A stretch of DNA of 64,000 nucleotides from an uncultured delta proteobacterium (GCA_963804955.1 CAWDSQ010000011.1:64001-128000); one strand, 5' to 3'; shown: positions 11,733 to 27,175, numbered from the stretch's first letter. Made by a program: numbers and translations. The notes: a model not told the origin generated them from the letters alone.

Positions 11733-12171
11733 TTTTTTGTTTTCCTCATGCAATCCCTTATTTTAAGTATATCACAAAAAACCGCCCCGAAAGGAGCTGT
11801 TTTTTGTGTAAAATCAGGATACATGATTCACGGCCTTTGTTGCACAAGGCGCAACAGGGATCTTTACCCCTTTACAACATCCTCGTTCAGGAGCGGTTTC
11901 AGCCGGGAATATCGGGGGTTACTGATGATACGATATGCACCTCTGAGGATGAAAGGTACAGTCCGCAGGATGGAAAACAGTAACCACTGTTTTTTCTTAT
12001 ATTGAAAATGTGTCTGTTGAGAGCCGTACTGTGGATTTTTGGGAAGGCAAGCATGGGCATAAGAATAGTGTGATGAACGGCAAAGTTCGGCATCGACAAT
12101 TGAACTCAAGCGGAGTTGCCCGCCGATGCGGCGTTTGGCTGCACTCCGGTTGATCCCGGCTCAAATTTATT

Positions 12172-13185
12172 CTACTCATGAATAATCCGCTCAATGGGTT
12201 TTTTGATTTTTTTCTGCAGCAGCTTGACGGGGTGCAGTTTTTTCAGCTTTGCTGCATCGGAAGGCCCGTCGGGCTGAGTGCGCCAGCGAAAATTGGTCCA
12301 CATCCACTGCGCAAGGTCGGCCCTGATGCGCTGCTCGATGGCAGCCGTATACTGAGCGGTGATGGCAACTACATCAGCCTCGGTTGCGCCGGTTTTTTCA
12401 TACGGGATTTCCTCCTGAATGAGAATGCGCTGAGAGTTGTCGGGATTGCGGGTTATAAACACCGGTACAATGGCCGCGCCGGTGCGCAGCGCAAGGGCAG
12501 CGGGGCCGGGAGGCGTTGAAGCTGTGCGGCCGAAAAAATCGACAAACACGCCGCCCCTGCGCTTGTTTTCATCTGAGATGAGGCATAGAATGCCGTTGCG
12601 GCCGAGCGTTTTCAAGGCGCTTTTGAAAAACCGGCGCTCGGGGGTGGTATATAAAGTCTGCAGCCCGATCATGGCCCGGGCATGCTCATAAATACGGGAG
12701 GTGACCGGGCTTTTGGGATCGCGTATGACGACGGTGAAATCATAGCCCCGCTCGGTAAACTGGGTCCCCAGGAGCGGGTAATTGCCGATATGGCCGCTTA
12801 TGGCGATAACGCCTTTGCCCTTTGCAAGGGCCTGCTCAAGGTGCTCCATGCCCTGGATGGTGATACGCTTTCTGAGCTCGGGCTTATTGCCGCCGCCGTA
12901 GAAGAAAAGCTCAAGCCAGTTTTTTGCAAAAAAACGCAGAACCTGCCGGGCGATGCTGTTGCGCTGTGCCTCGGGCATGCTGCCGGCGAACGCGAGTTTT
13001 AAATTATGATGAATGCGGCGCTGCGGCCTGGCCAACAGCCCGTAGAGCAGATCACCGGCCGCATTCCCCAGGGCCATGGTGCGGTCATAGCCAAGACGGT
13101 TTGCAATAAAGGACGCCAGCTCAACGCCGGCAATGCCGAGACCTGCAATAAGACTTGTGCCTGCTGAATCCCGTGGTGTTTTCAT
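12172..13185 (-). CDS. Lipid A lauroyl/lysophospholipid acyltransferase (HtrB/LpxL family)
   Basis: GVIAISGHIGNY, FVDFFGR, ALALRTGAAIVPVF, QWMWTNFRW. Confidence 0.85.
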   Translation of the reverse strand: MKTPRDSAGTSLIAGLGIAGVELASFIANRLGYDRTMALGNAAGDLLYGLLARPQRRIHHNLKLAFAGSMPEAQRNSIARQVLRFFAKNWLELFFYGGGNKPELRKRITIQGMEHLEQALAKGKGVIAISGHIGNYPLLGTQFTERGYDFTVVIRDPKSPVTSRIYEHARAMIGLQTLYTTPERRFFKSALKTLGRNGILCLISDENKRRGGVFVDFFGRTASTPPGPAALALRTGAAIVPVFITRNPDNSQRILIQEEIPYEKTGATEADVVAITAQYTAAIEQRIRADLAQWMWTNFRWRTQPDGPSDAAKLKKLHPVKLLQKKIKKPIERIIHE

Positions 13186-13242
13186 GGCCCACTATCATTT
13201 CCATAAATACGCCTGTTGTCAAGGGCATTGTCTGATTTCTTG

Positions 13243-13446
13243 AAAAACACCGCCTTTGGCGATGGCGGCAGAAGTCAACCTGGCGCTTCGTGCCCTTGTC
13301 TTCCCCTTTCAGGGGAATCCAAATCACCCGCTATGAGGGTGGCTGTTGGCTTACCGCCAGTGTTGCATATGTTCAATCTTGTATTACCATTCCGTTTGAC
13401 CGGAATGAGCCGCATAAACCCCGCCGTGCAGGAGGGGAGCGCCACA
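13243..13446 (-). ncRNA. Candidate structured non-coding RNA (unassigned)
   Basis: Closing stem TGGCGCT/AGCGCCA, four internal hairpins, and a minus-strand hairpin plus U-tract at 13243-13268. Confidence 0.35.
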
Positions 13447-13499
13447 ACCTTCGGCAATGCCTTCACATTGACAAAACCGGGGCGCTGTGCTACCTCTAA

Positions 13500-16190
<2,691 letters not shown>

Positions 16191-16325
16191 ATTGGTTTGA
16201 TTAGTTGGATTGGTTTCATTAGTTTATTGCTTCAGATTGAGTGCGGAGGGATGCCAGGGTAAATGATTTGGTTCGACTTTATTGTTGTTTCTTAACCAAT
16301 ATAACCAATGCAACCAACTAAACTG
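16191..16325. repeat. Inverted arrays of degenerate 9-mer repeats
   Basis: ATTGGTTTG/ATTAGTTGG/ATTGGTTTC facing AACCAATAT/AACCAATGC/AACCAACT. Confidence 0.55.
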
Positions 16326-16331
16326 TTTTAC

Positions 16332-17123
16332 CTACTCAAACCATTCGTACAGCCTTGATTGCTTTGCCAGGGCTGTGGAGGGGTTATCTATCATCATTTG
16401 TGCTTCAGCGGCATAGGCGCTGTCGGGATATTTTTTCACCATGAATTCAAGAATTTTTCTGCCGCGTCTTTCATCGCCCGATCTGATGGTGGCCTGACCG
16501 ATGAGCATGAGCAGCCTGTCTTTTTCCACCTGGTCGGGATAGCGCTTGAGTGCCCGGTTGTAGCGTTCAATGGCGCCTGCATAGTCCCTTTTTTTCATGT
16601 AAAAATCGCCCACAAAGATATCCCTGCCGGCAAGCTGGCGCTTGGCTTCGGCAATCCGCACCAGAGCATGGCCTGTGTACGGGCTTTGCGGGAAAATTTC
16701 AAGCATCTGCTGAAAATGCTCCACGGCCTCTTCGGAAAAAGTCTGGTCGCGGTCTTTGGAGAGCATCTGCTGGTAGGCGCACATGCCGCGCATATAGATG
16801 CTGTAGGCGACCTGCGGGTTGCTGGGGTGCAGGCGCCGGAAGTTGTCGAAAAAGTGGGCAGCTTCGATAAATTCGTCTTTATTATAGTGGCAGTCCCCGA
16901 GGCGCAGTTCGGCAAGCACGGCATAGGGGCTCATGGGGAACTTTTCACGCACCTCTTCAAAAAGAGGTATGGCATCGATGTAGTTGCCCTTGCGGTACTG
17001 TTCCATGCCCTTGGCGAAAGATTCCTCATCAGAGCCCGTCAGCTGGGGCTTGGCAGGCGTTGAGGCGCATCCCAGCACGGTCAGCAGACACAGCATGGCA
17101 GGCAGCAGATAATATTTTTTCAT
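16332..17123 (-). CDS. bamD: Outer membrane protein assembly factor BamD
   Basis: Lipobox VLGC, FPMSPYAVLAELRLGD, FRRLHP, DRDQT, FPQSPY TPR pattern. Confidence 0.9.
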   Translation of the reverse strand: MKKYYLLPAMLCLLTVLGCASTPAKPQLTGSDEESFAKGMEQYRKGNYIDAIPLFEEVREKFPMSPYAVLAELRLGDCHYNKDEFIEAAHFFDNFRRLHPSNPQVAYSIYMRGMCAYQQMLSKDRDQTFSEEAVEHFQQMLEIFPQSPYTGHALVRIAEAKRQLAGRDIFVGDFYMKKRDYAGAIERYNRALKRYPDQVEKDRLLMLIGQATIRSGDERRGRKILEFMVKKYPDSAYAAEAQMMIDNPSTALAKQSRLYEWFE

Positions 17124-17230
17124 GGCATGTTCACTGGTTACAGAGTTTACTTGTCTAAATGAACTACGGAGTGTATACTGCCATGAAACTTCCGGCATTG
17201 TCAAGGTTTCTTCAAAAGGACATTTCAGGT

Positions 17231-18652
17231 ATGGAACCAATGGTCACCGTCATCCTTGCAGCAGGCAGGGGAACGCGGATGAAATCCGAACTGGTGAAGG
17301 TGCTGCACCCGGTGGCGGGCAGGCCCATGCTTGCCTATCCGGTGGCGGCTGCCCGGGCTGTGGGCAGCCTGCGCATCATCGTGGTTGCGGGGTATCAGAA
17401 AGATAAAGTCGAGGCTGCGCTGCAGGGCCGGCAGGTTGACATCGCCCTGCAGGCAGAGCAGCTTGGCTCCGGCCACGCCGTGCTGATGGCTGCGCCCGCA
17501 TCTGGCGGCTTTGAGGGCGATGTGCTGATACTGTGCGGCGATGTGCCCCTCATCACGACGGCGACGCTTGAGGCTTTTCTTGCGGCGCACCGTGAAAACA
17601 AGGCCTGCGTGAGCGTGCTTACCGTTGAGCTTGACGACCCTGCGGGCTATGGCCGCATTCTGCGCACGAGACAACCAGTTGTGCGGCATTGTCGAGCACC
17701 GCGACGCAACCGAGGCCCAGCGCGCTGTGCGCGAAATAAACACGGGCATTTACTGCTGCCGGGCGCCGTTTCTGTTTGAAGCGCTCGGGAAAGTAAAAAC
17801 AAACAATGATCAGGGCGAATACTATCTGCCCGATATCGTGTCCATCGCTGCCGCTGCGGGCATGAAGGTGCAGGCCGTGAAGACCGGCGATTTTGCAGAG
17901 GTTGCGGGCATCAATGACCGGGCGGGCTTGCAAAGGCCGAGCGGGCCATGCAGGCCCGCATTGCGGGGCAGCATATGGCAAACGGGGTGACCATTCTCGA
18001 TCCGCAGGCTACCTATATTGAGGCTGACGTGCGTATCGGCGCCGATACCGTTGTGTATCCCGGCACGTCGCTGCGCGGCGCTACCGAGATCGGCTGCCGG
18101 TGCATCATCGACATGCACAGCGTGATTAATAATTCAAAAATCGGCAGCAGCGTTCACATAAAGCCCTCGTGCATGATCGATGAAAGCACCATAGCCGACA
18201 ATGCAGTTGTCGGGCCTTTTGCGCATTTGCGGCCGCAGGCCGTGCTGGATGAAGGTGCCCGGGTCGGGAACTTCGTGGAGATAAAAAAATCGCGCATCGG
18301 CACCGGCTCCAAGGTGAACCATCTCACCTATATCGGCGATGCCACCATCGGCTCGGACGTCAATGTGGGGGCCGGCACCATTACCTGCAATTATGACGGC
18401 AAGCGCAAGCATCCAACGGTGATTGAGGACAATGTCTTCATCGGCAGCAATACGGCCCTCGTGGCGCCGGTAACGATTTGCAAAAATGCCCTTATCGGCG
18501 CGGGCTCAACGATCACAAAAAACGTGCCTGAAAACGCGCTGGCGGTGGCCCGCGGCAGCCAGAGGAATTATGAGAATTTTATGGCTGCCGAAGATCAGGC
18601 AAAGACAACGTTTGAAAAGAAGCCGGAAGTCAGAAGTCAGAATTCAGAATAG
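17231..18652 (+). CDS. glmU: Bifunctional UDP-GlcNAc pyrophosphorylase/acetyltransferase, frameshifted
   Basis: [60 protein letters not shown]. Confidence 0.97.
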
Positions 18653-18788
18653 AAGAGACCGTTGGCTTCAAAGAAAGTATTGGTTTCTTCCAGATCAATC
18701 AAGATGATTGAAAACGCTGTTTGCAATGTTGATTTCGAGGATCGGAGGTCTTAATTGCTGACTTCTGGCTACTGGATTCTGACTTCTA
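18621..18788. repeat. Inverted heptamer repeat arrays
   Basis: GAAGTCA/GAATTCA units facing TGACTTC/TGGCTAC/TGGATTC units. Confidence 0.65.
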
Positions 18789-18820
18789 ATAAATTTTATT
18801 TATCAAATGGTGGAGAGAGC

Positions 18821-20653
18821 ATGTGCGGCATTGTTGGATATATCGGTCCGAAAAATACCAGTGAAGTCCTGATCGAGGGGCTCAAGCGTCTTGAGTACCG
18901 CGGCTATGACTCAGCGGGCGTTGCTATTTTTCATGACGGAGCAATAAAAATCTGCCGCTGCGAGGGGAAAATATCGCGCCTTGACAAGCTGCTTGAGGGG
19001 GAATGCTTCGACGGCTCCATCGGCATCGGCCATACGCGCTGGGCCACCCACGGCAGGCCCTCCGAGGCCAATGCCCACCCGCACTATTATCAGGGCGTGG
19101 CCGTGGTGCACAACGGCATCATTGAAAACTACACGGAGCTCAAAAGCAGCCCTCAAGGCCGAGGGTGATGTCTTCAGCTCGGAAACCGACAGCGAGGTGC
19201 TCTCGCATTTGTTTGCGAAGTTCATACGGCGAGGGCGCATCCTTTGAGGCAGCGGTGCGCAAGGGCCTTGCCATGGTGCGGGGCTCCTATGCCATTGCCG
19301 TGCTGTGCGAAAAAGAGCCCGACCGGATAGTTGCCGCGCGCAAGGAAAGCCCGCTTATTCTTGGCCTTGGCAGCGGCGAAAATTTCGTGGCCTCAGACAT
19401 TCCCGCAATACTCAGCCATACGCGCGAGGTTGTTTTTTTGAGCGACGGCGAGATTGCCGTGCTTGACGCGCAGTCCGTGCGCATTTCCACCCTTGACGGA
19501 GCGCCGGTCGAGCGTGCTGCGCGCCATATCTCCTGGGACCCGATCATGGCTGAAAAAGCCGGGTACAAGCACTTCATGCTCAAAGAGATATTCGAGCAGC
19601 CGCGGGCCATTATCGATACGCTCCGGGGCCGCCTGATCGAGGACTCCGACGATGTCTTTCTCGACGGCGTGAACCTGACGCCGGAGGGGCGTGCGGGCTT
19701 TTGACCGCATCTGCTTCGTGGCCTGCGGCACATCCTATTACGCCTGCCTGGTCGGGAAGTTCATGATCGAGCAGCTGGTGGGGCTGCCCGTTGAAGTAGA
19801 CCTCGGGTCCGAGTTCCGCTACCGCAATCCCATGGTCAACGACAAGACCCTTGTGGTGCTCGTTTCCCAGTCGGGCGAAACAGCAGACACCCTGGCAGCC
19901 ATGCGCGAAGCAAAGGCAAAGGGGTCGCAAACCCTGTGCATCTGCAATGTTGTGGAAAGCACGCTGGCGCGGGACTGCGACCATGTGCTCTATACCCATG
20001 CCGGCCCCGAGATCGGCGTTGCTTCCACCAAGGCTTTTACCAGCCAGATGACGGCGATTTTCCTGCTGGCGCTGTATCTGGGAAGGGCGCGGGGCTCTGT
20101 TGACGGGCCGCGCAGCCGCGAGCTCATGCAGCACATGATCGAAGTGCCCCATCTTGTTGAGCAGGCCCTGGAGCATGAGCCGGCCATCAAGGCCATTGCG
20201 GAAAAATATGCCGTGGCGAAAAATTTTCTTTTTCTGGGCCGCGGCATCATCTACCCCATAGCCCTTGAAGGCGCGCTGAAGCTCAAAGAAATTTCCTATA
20301 TCCATGCCGAGGGCTATCCCGCAGGCGAGATGAAGCATGGCCCCATCGCCCTTATCGATGAGCATATGCCCGTGGTGGTGCTGGCGCAGCAGGACGCGAT
20401 TTACGAGAAAATACTGAGCAATATCGAAGAGGTGAAAGCGCGCAAGGGCCGCGTGATCGCCATTGCCATGACCGGAGACACCGTGCTTGCCTCCAAGGCC
20501 GACGACATACTGTATCTGCCTGAAACCGATCCGCTGTTTGCCCCCTTTGTTATGGTCATACCGCTGCAGCTGTTTGCCTACCATGTGGCTGACTTCAAGG
20601 GCACCGATGTCGACCAGCCCCGCAATCTTGCCAAAAGCGTGACCGTTGAATGA
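18821..20653 (+). CDS. glmS: Glutamine--fructose-6-phosphate transaminase, frameshifted
   Basis: [49 protein letters not shown]. Confidence 0.97.
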
Positions 20654-21171
20654 AATAATCGCAGCTCTTTTTTATCATCTGCGCCATGCTCGGCTGCAGC
20701 GGGGATCCTTCCGGCGACTGTCGGGTCATGCGCCGAGCTGTTCGGCGATGTGCCGTTTACCGATCTGGAGGGGCGCGAAGCCCGGCTGCCCTGCCAGGGG
20801 CACAGGTGCTGGTGGTGAATTTCTGGGCCACCTGGTGCGGCCCGTGCAAGCTCGAGGTGCCGCATCTTGTCGAGATCGCACACTGAGTACCAGCGGCAGG
20901 GCGTACGGGTCATCGGCATATCCCTTGATGCCGCAAACCCCAGAGCACTATCAAGTCAGCGGTGGCCGCCTTCGGGATTACCTATCCGGTGCTGGTGGGC
21001 GGGGCGGAAAAAATTTTCAGCAGGACCGGCATCGACGGTATTCCCGCAACCCTCATCATAGGCGCCGACGGAAAGGTCAGCCAAAAGCTTGTCGGCTATC
21101 ATACCAAAGAAGAAATGCTGGCTCCCATCACGGAGCTTTTAAAGAAAACCAGGGAGAACGCACAGCTATGA
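20650..21171 (+). CDS. TlpA-family thiol:disulfide reductase, frameshifted
   Basis: [24 protein letters not shown]; start overlaps glmS stop. Confidence 0.85.
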
Positions 21172-22960
21172 ATCTGTACCTGCGGCTGCTTCGTTATGCG
21201 CGGCCATATCTCATATACATGATCGGCTCGGTCATCTGCATGGGCATACTTGCCGCCACCACGTCGGCCATCGCCTATCTCATCAAGCCCGCCATCGACG
21301 ACGTGTTTCTCAAAAAAGACCTCGCCATGCTGTATCTGATACCGGCGCTGGTGGTGCTCGCCTACTTCATCAAGGGAGCGGCCGATTACGGCCAGGCCTA
21401 TCTCATGGGCAATGTGGGCACGCGGACGGTGACGGATATTCGGGATATTCTCTACCGCCATATCCAGAGCCTGTCTCTGTCCTTCTACAGCAAGACCTCC
21501 ACCGGCATGCTTATGTCGCGCATCGCCAATGATGTCGGTATTCTGCAGCGCTCCGTTTCCGACTCCATAAAAAAAATACTTGAAAGCATCTTCACGGTCA
21601 TCGGCTTAACCGGTGTGGCGTTTTACCAGAACTGGAAGCTTGCCGCGCTCTGCTTTCTGGTGCTTCCCTGGATGGCGATCCCCATTGTGCGCTTCGGCAC
21701 CAAGAACCGCCGGTTCAGCCGCAAGACCCAGGAGCGCATGGGCACCATGACCATGTTTCTTGATGAAACCATCTCGGGCAATCAGACCGTCAAGTCCTTC
21801 TGCATGGAAGAGTACGAAACCAACCGGTTTTTTAAAGAGACCCGGCGCCTGCTTGATGTCAGCATTGCAACCCTTCGGGTCAGCGCCTATGCCTCGCCCA
21901 TTATGGAGTTTTGCGGCGCCGGCATCATGGGCGCGCTGCTCATCTACACGGGCGGCTACCTCGTCATCAAGGACCACATGACGCCGGGCGAGTTTTTTTC
22001 CTTTGTTGCCGCCATGGCCATGCTGTTCCGGCCCATCAAGGCCATGAGCCGCGAGAACATGAAGGTGCAGAAAGGCATGGCCGCTGCCACGCGCGTGTTT
22101 GAGGTGCTTGACATCAAGCCCGATATTACCGACAAGGAGGGCGCCATGTGCCCTGCCGCCCTTCAGCCGCAGTATCGAGTTTCGCGATGTTGTTTTTCAG
22201 TATGAAGAAAAGCCCGTGCTCAAGAGCCTTACCTTCACCGCTGCCGCGGGCGAGGTCGTGGCCTTTGTGGGCCACAGCGGCGCGGGCAAGACCACTATTG
22301 CCAACCTGCTGCTGCGGTTCTATGATGTCAACTCCGGGGCGATCCTGATCGACGGCATTGATATTCGCGACGTGACCATACGGTCGCTGCGGGAGCAGAT
22401 AGCCTTTGTGGCGCAGGAAACGGTTCTTTTCAATGACACCGTGAGCAACAATATTTCCTACGGCAGCCCCGCGGTGACGCAGGAGCAGATTGTCGAAGCT
22501 GCCAAAGCAGCCCTTGCCCATGACTTCATCGAAGCCATGCCCGAAGGCTACAATACGGTCATCGGCGAAAAGGGCGTGCGCCTGTCGGGCGGCCAGCGCC
22601 AGCGCATGGCCATAGCCCGGGCCCTGGTGAAAAATGCGCCCATACTGATTCTTGACGAGGCAACCTCTGCCCTTGACACGCATTCGGAGCAGCAGGTGCA
22701 GGCAGCACTTGAAAATCTCATGAAGGGCCGCACCACCATCATGATCGCCCACCGCCTTTCAACCATCCGCAATGCCGACCAGATCATCGTGCTGCAGGAA
22801 GGCGATATCATCGAGCGCGGCTCGCACCAGCGACCTGCTCGACCAGAAGGGTGTCTATACCCGCCTCATTGAAATACAGAGCGGCTACGAGAAGAAGACG
22901 CATGATGTGGAGGAAATGTTTCTGGAGCCCGTTCCCGTACCCGCGAACGAGGAGGAGTAG
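21168..22960 (+). CDS. msbA: Lipid A export ABC transporter (MsbA-like), frameshifted
   Basis: TM domain with GMLMSRIAND, Walker A GHSGAGKT, LSGGQRQR, ILILDEATSALD. Confidence 0.8.
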
Positions 22961-23034
22961 GCTCTTTCGTGCACCGGCAGCGTTGGGAGACACACAAGAG
23001 AAATGGTTATTCAGCAATAGCTGCTTTTTAGAAA

Positions 23035-23150
23035 AGAATTCAGAAGCCGGAATTCAGTAGTCAGTAGAAAAAGAAGAAAACCCTTACTGACAAAGTGTCT
23101 TTTATTCTGAGACTTCTGGATTCTGACTCCTGATACTTCTGCGACTCCTG
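23035..23150. repeat. Inverted heptamer repeat arrays
   Basis: AGAATTCAGAAGCCGGAATTCAGTAGTCAG facing TTCTGGATTCTGACTCCTG. Confidence 0.6.
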
Positions 23151-23178
23151 AACCCCGACCCCTACTCCCCTTCATATA

Positions 23179-24144
23179 TTATGGCTGCAGCCCGATTCTG
23201 GTGAGCACGCCTGAATGGTCCGACACCCAGGGCGCTTCGTTAAACACCACCCGGCTTTCAAGGCTGGCGAAGCTCCCGCCGCGGACAAAAATATAATCGA
23301 TGCGTACGCGGCGTGCCGGAGACAAGCGTATTGCCCGGCACGGCATAGGTGCAGCCGTCAAGGCCTTCGGCCTCAGAGCAGCAGTCGGTGCAGCTATTGG
23401 CCGCCGCATAGGTGTCGGTAAATCCATTGTCATCGGTTATCAAAGCATAAGCGGGACATCAGAAGCAACGGTGATATCGGTATTGAAGTCACCTCCCAGC
23501 ACGACAAGGCGGCTTTCATTGTCTTCGCGCCGGTCTAGAAACCGGAACAGGCTTTTCGTCTGGCGCAGGCGGTCCTCTCCGGGGCAGTAGGCGCACAGGT
23601 GGGTATTGTACACCGAGGCCGAACCATAGTCAGGCACGTCAATGACGATCTGCTGCACTTCATGCAGTACCGGCAGGCCGATCTCGGCCACGGGCCGCTC
23701 GGGGGCATAGGGCAGCAGCCGTGAGGCAAAACCGGTAATGGCGCATCTGCTGAGCATGGCATTGCCCACCATGAACACAGCCGGCAGACCCGCCACCGGG
23801 CGGAAGCGCAGGTTGTAGTCAAGCCCCTGCCGCCTCAGCATGGCGTTCAGGTTGATGCTCAGGCTCACCGTGCCGGCAGCAGCGCCGCTCACCACCTCCT
23901 GCAGAAGTATGATATCCACAGGCTCGCCAGCCTGCTCCTGCGCTGCAATGAAGTCGGCAACGGCCTGCAGCCTTTCCATGCGGCTGAAAAAATCCGTATA
24001 TAATATATTAATAGTAAGCACATTGAGATGTCCGCGCTGCATGACATCATCGCAACTTGCCTGCCCGGCCTGTGCCGGTAAAGCGCCTGCAAGCACTGCA
24101 AGCAGTGCGCATAGTGCAAGAAGGTGTTTCATGGCGTGCTCCAT
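23179..24144 (-). CDS. Secreted endonuclease/exonuclease/phosphatase family protein, frameshifted
   Basis: Signal peptide, VLTINI, DIILLQEV, YNTHL, GGDFN, RIDYIF, SDHSGV. Confidence 0.85.
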
Positions 24145-24298
24145 GCAGTGTTGTTTTCAATTGTAATACTGTTGTGCTAACCGCAGTCAAGACTTACAAT
24201 CAGCCTTTTGACTGGACAGCAGCAATTAGACATGCTGACCCACAGCCGCTCTATCTGGTATAGTCTGAACGAAATAATTTTTTTTCCGGCACAGATCA

Positions 24299-26806
24299 AT
24301 GCGCGACCGTTTCAATCTTCCCATCGATGACGTGCTGCCCGGCCTTCGCCGGGCGCTTGCGAGCGGCTCACGCGCCGTGCTTTCGGCGCCGCCCGGCTCG
24401 GGCAAGACGACCTGCGTGCCCCTTGCCCTGCTTGCAGAGCCCTGGCTGAAAGGCGGGCGCATCATCATGCTCGAGCCCCGCAGGCTTGCGGCCCGGGCTG
24501 CCTGCCGCCGCATGTCGGCCATGCTCGGGCAGGAGGCGGGCGGCACTGTCGGCTACCGCATCCGCAGGGAAACGCAGGTGGGGCCGGCTACGCGCATCGA
24601 GGTCGTCACCGAAGGGATTCTTACCCGCATGCTGCAGACGGATCCGGCCTTGACGGGGTGGGGCTTGTCATTTTTGATGAATTTCACGAGCGCAGCCTCA
24701 ATGCAGACCTTGGCCTTGCCCTGTGCCTGGACGCGCAGCAGGCTTTGCGCGAGGATCTGCGGGTGCTGGTCATGTCTGCCACCATGGACAGCGATGCCGT
24801 GTCGCGCCTGCTCGGCGGCGCGCCCGTGCTGAGCGGGCAGGGCCGGCTGTTTGACGTGGCAACACGCTATAGAAGCAATGCCCTGCGGCTGAACATTGAA
24901 GCAGAGGCGGCGGCAACCATAACGCAGGCCCTCGGCTGCGACGCAGGCAGCATGCTCGTTTTTCTGCCGGGTGAAGGAGAGATTCGGCGCACGGCCGGGC
25001 TTCTTGCCAAGAGCGTCCTCCCTGCCTGATGTTGCCGTGCTGCCCCTGTATGGCAATTTGCCCCGCCAGGATCAGGACCGCGCCATAGCCCCTGCCCCGA
25101 AGGGCTTGCGCAAGGTGGTTCTGACAACCTCCATTGCCGAGACAAGCCTCACTATCGAAGGCGTCAGTATTGTTGTCGACAGCGGCCTTATGCGCCTGCC
25201 GCGCTTTGACGCCCGCAGCGCCATGACGCGCCTTGTTACCGTGCCGGTTACCCGGGCCTCTGCCGACCAGCGCCGGGGCCGCGCCGGCCGCACCGGGCCC
25301 GGTGTCTGCTACCGGCTCTGGACCGAGTCTCAGCACGGGCAGCTGCAGGAATACACTCCTGCTGAAATCCGCAGCGCCGATCTTGCCTCATTTGCCCTTG
25401 AACTTGCCCTGTGGGGCGAGATCGATGCGGCCCGTCTTTCATGGCTCGATCCGCCGCCTGCAGGCGCTCTTGCCCAGGCCCGCGCGCTTCTGCAGGAGCT
25501 TGACGCCCTTGACAGCCAGTACCGCATCACGGAGCAGGGCCGGCGCATGGCAGCACTTCCCCTGCACCCGCGTCTCGGCCATATGCTGGTTCAGGGCGCG
25601 CGGATGGGGCTTGGGCGGCAGGCATGCCTGCTTGCGGCCCTGCTCAGCGAGCGGGATATACTGCGGTTTGACCCGGGCATGAAGGATGCTGATCTGCGGC
25701 TGCGCCTCGAGGTTTTACTGAACGACTCGTCGTCATTTGAAGGATACAGCGTGGATCGTCAGCTTGCGCGCCAGATTCGCGAGCAGGCCGCAGACCTGCA
25801 GCGGCTGCTGCAGATTCCTGACGGGCGGATATGCCTTGAAGCAACGGGCAGCCTGCTTGCCCATGCCTATCCCGACCGCATCGGCCTGCGGCGCGGGCCT
25901 GATGGCGGGTATCTGCTGGCAGGTGGCCGGGGCGCACAGTTTGACCGGTATGAGCCGCTGAGCGCGCAGGAATTTCTGGTGGCTGCCCATCTTGACGGCG
26001 GCCAGCGGTCGGCCCGCATATTTCTTGCCGCAGCCTACAGCCGCGCCGAGCTTGAAGAGCAGTTCGCCGGCCATCTCATGAAAGAGGACTCCATAGGCTG
26101 GGACCATGCAACGCTTTCCGTGCAGGCTTGCTCGCGCATGCGGTTCGGCAGCCTCGTGCTTGATGAGCGGCCGCTGCGCAAACCCGATCCGGACAAAATC
26201 GCCCGCGCCCTTCTTGCAGGCATAGCCTCCGAAGGGCTGCATCTGCTGCCCTGGAACCGCGAGCTGCGCTCGTGGCAGGAGCGGGTGCTGTTTCTCCGGC
26301 GCGTGCTGCCGGAAGAGGAGTGGCCTGATGTGAGCGATGCAGCCCTTGCGGGAACCATGGAGCTGTGGCTGCTGCCCTTTGTGCAGGGCATGAGCCGGGC
26401 CGAGCACCTGCAGCGGCTGCACCTGAAAGAGGCCCTGCAGGGGCTGCTGCCGTGGCGGGCACAGAAGCGCCTGGATGAGCTTGCGCCCACGCACGTGGAA
26501 GTGCCCAGCGGCTCGCGCATCGCCCTTGATTACAGCGCAGAGGAGCCCGTGCTTGCCGTGCGGCTGCAGGAGCTGTTCGGCCTGAAAGAAACGCCCCGCA
26601 TCGCCGCGGGCCGCGTTCCGGTCATGCTGCACCTGCTGTCGCCTGCCATGCGGCCTATGCAGGTGACGCGCGATCTTGCAAACTTCTGGGCGGTCACGTA
26701 TTTTGAAGTCCGCCGGGAGCTGCTGCCCCGCTATCCCAAGCACTACTGGCCCGACGACCCCCTGGCCGCTCAGCCCACCCGCCGCGCCAAGCCCCGGCGG
26801 CGCTGA
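24299..26806 (+). CDS. hrpB: ATP-dependent helicase HrpB, frameshifted
   Basis: APPGSGKTT, LEPRRLAAR, DEFHERS, TSIAETSLTI, QRRGRAGR, LLSPA.RP.QVT.DL, RYPKHYWPDDP. Confidence 0.95.
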
Positions 26807-27175
26807 AGAGCCGCTTCTCTGTGCGGCGGAGACCTTTTTTACCGCCTTCTAGATTGCATGTATATCGTTCCGGAGGTTCCAGCTTTCTTTTATGAGGTAA
26901 AACGAATATCCTTGACGGATAGAGCATCCATTGAATAGAAATCCTTTACGCAATTTTTACATTGTTTTTAACAACAGTATTAATCATATACCGTCAAACA
27001 CCCCGCTTATTAGTTTTGAGGCTTACAGATTATTATTCCTTGGCCATAGGATGCAGCTTTATTTATTGCATATTCGGTTAGGCAATCTTGAATTTTCGGG
27101 ATTTTGTTTTGTCAAAGCAGAGAGAGCCGCAGTGTTGAGTTTAGGGTAGACAAGCATGGACAAAAGATATGGCGG

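Noticed and set aside
11748..12170. Short ORFs between nrdJ and the acyltransferase
   Set aside because: No recognisable domain, RBS or codon signal
18653..18820. glmS ribozyme upstream of glmS
   Set aside because: No AGCGCC...GACGAGG core; the space is filled by heptamer arrays
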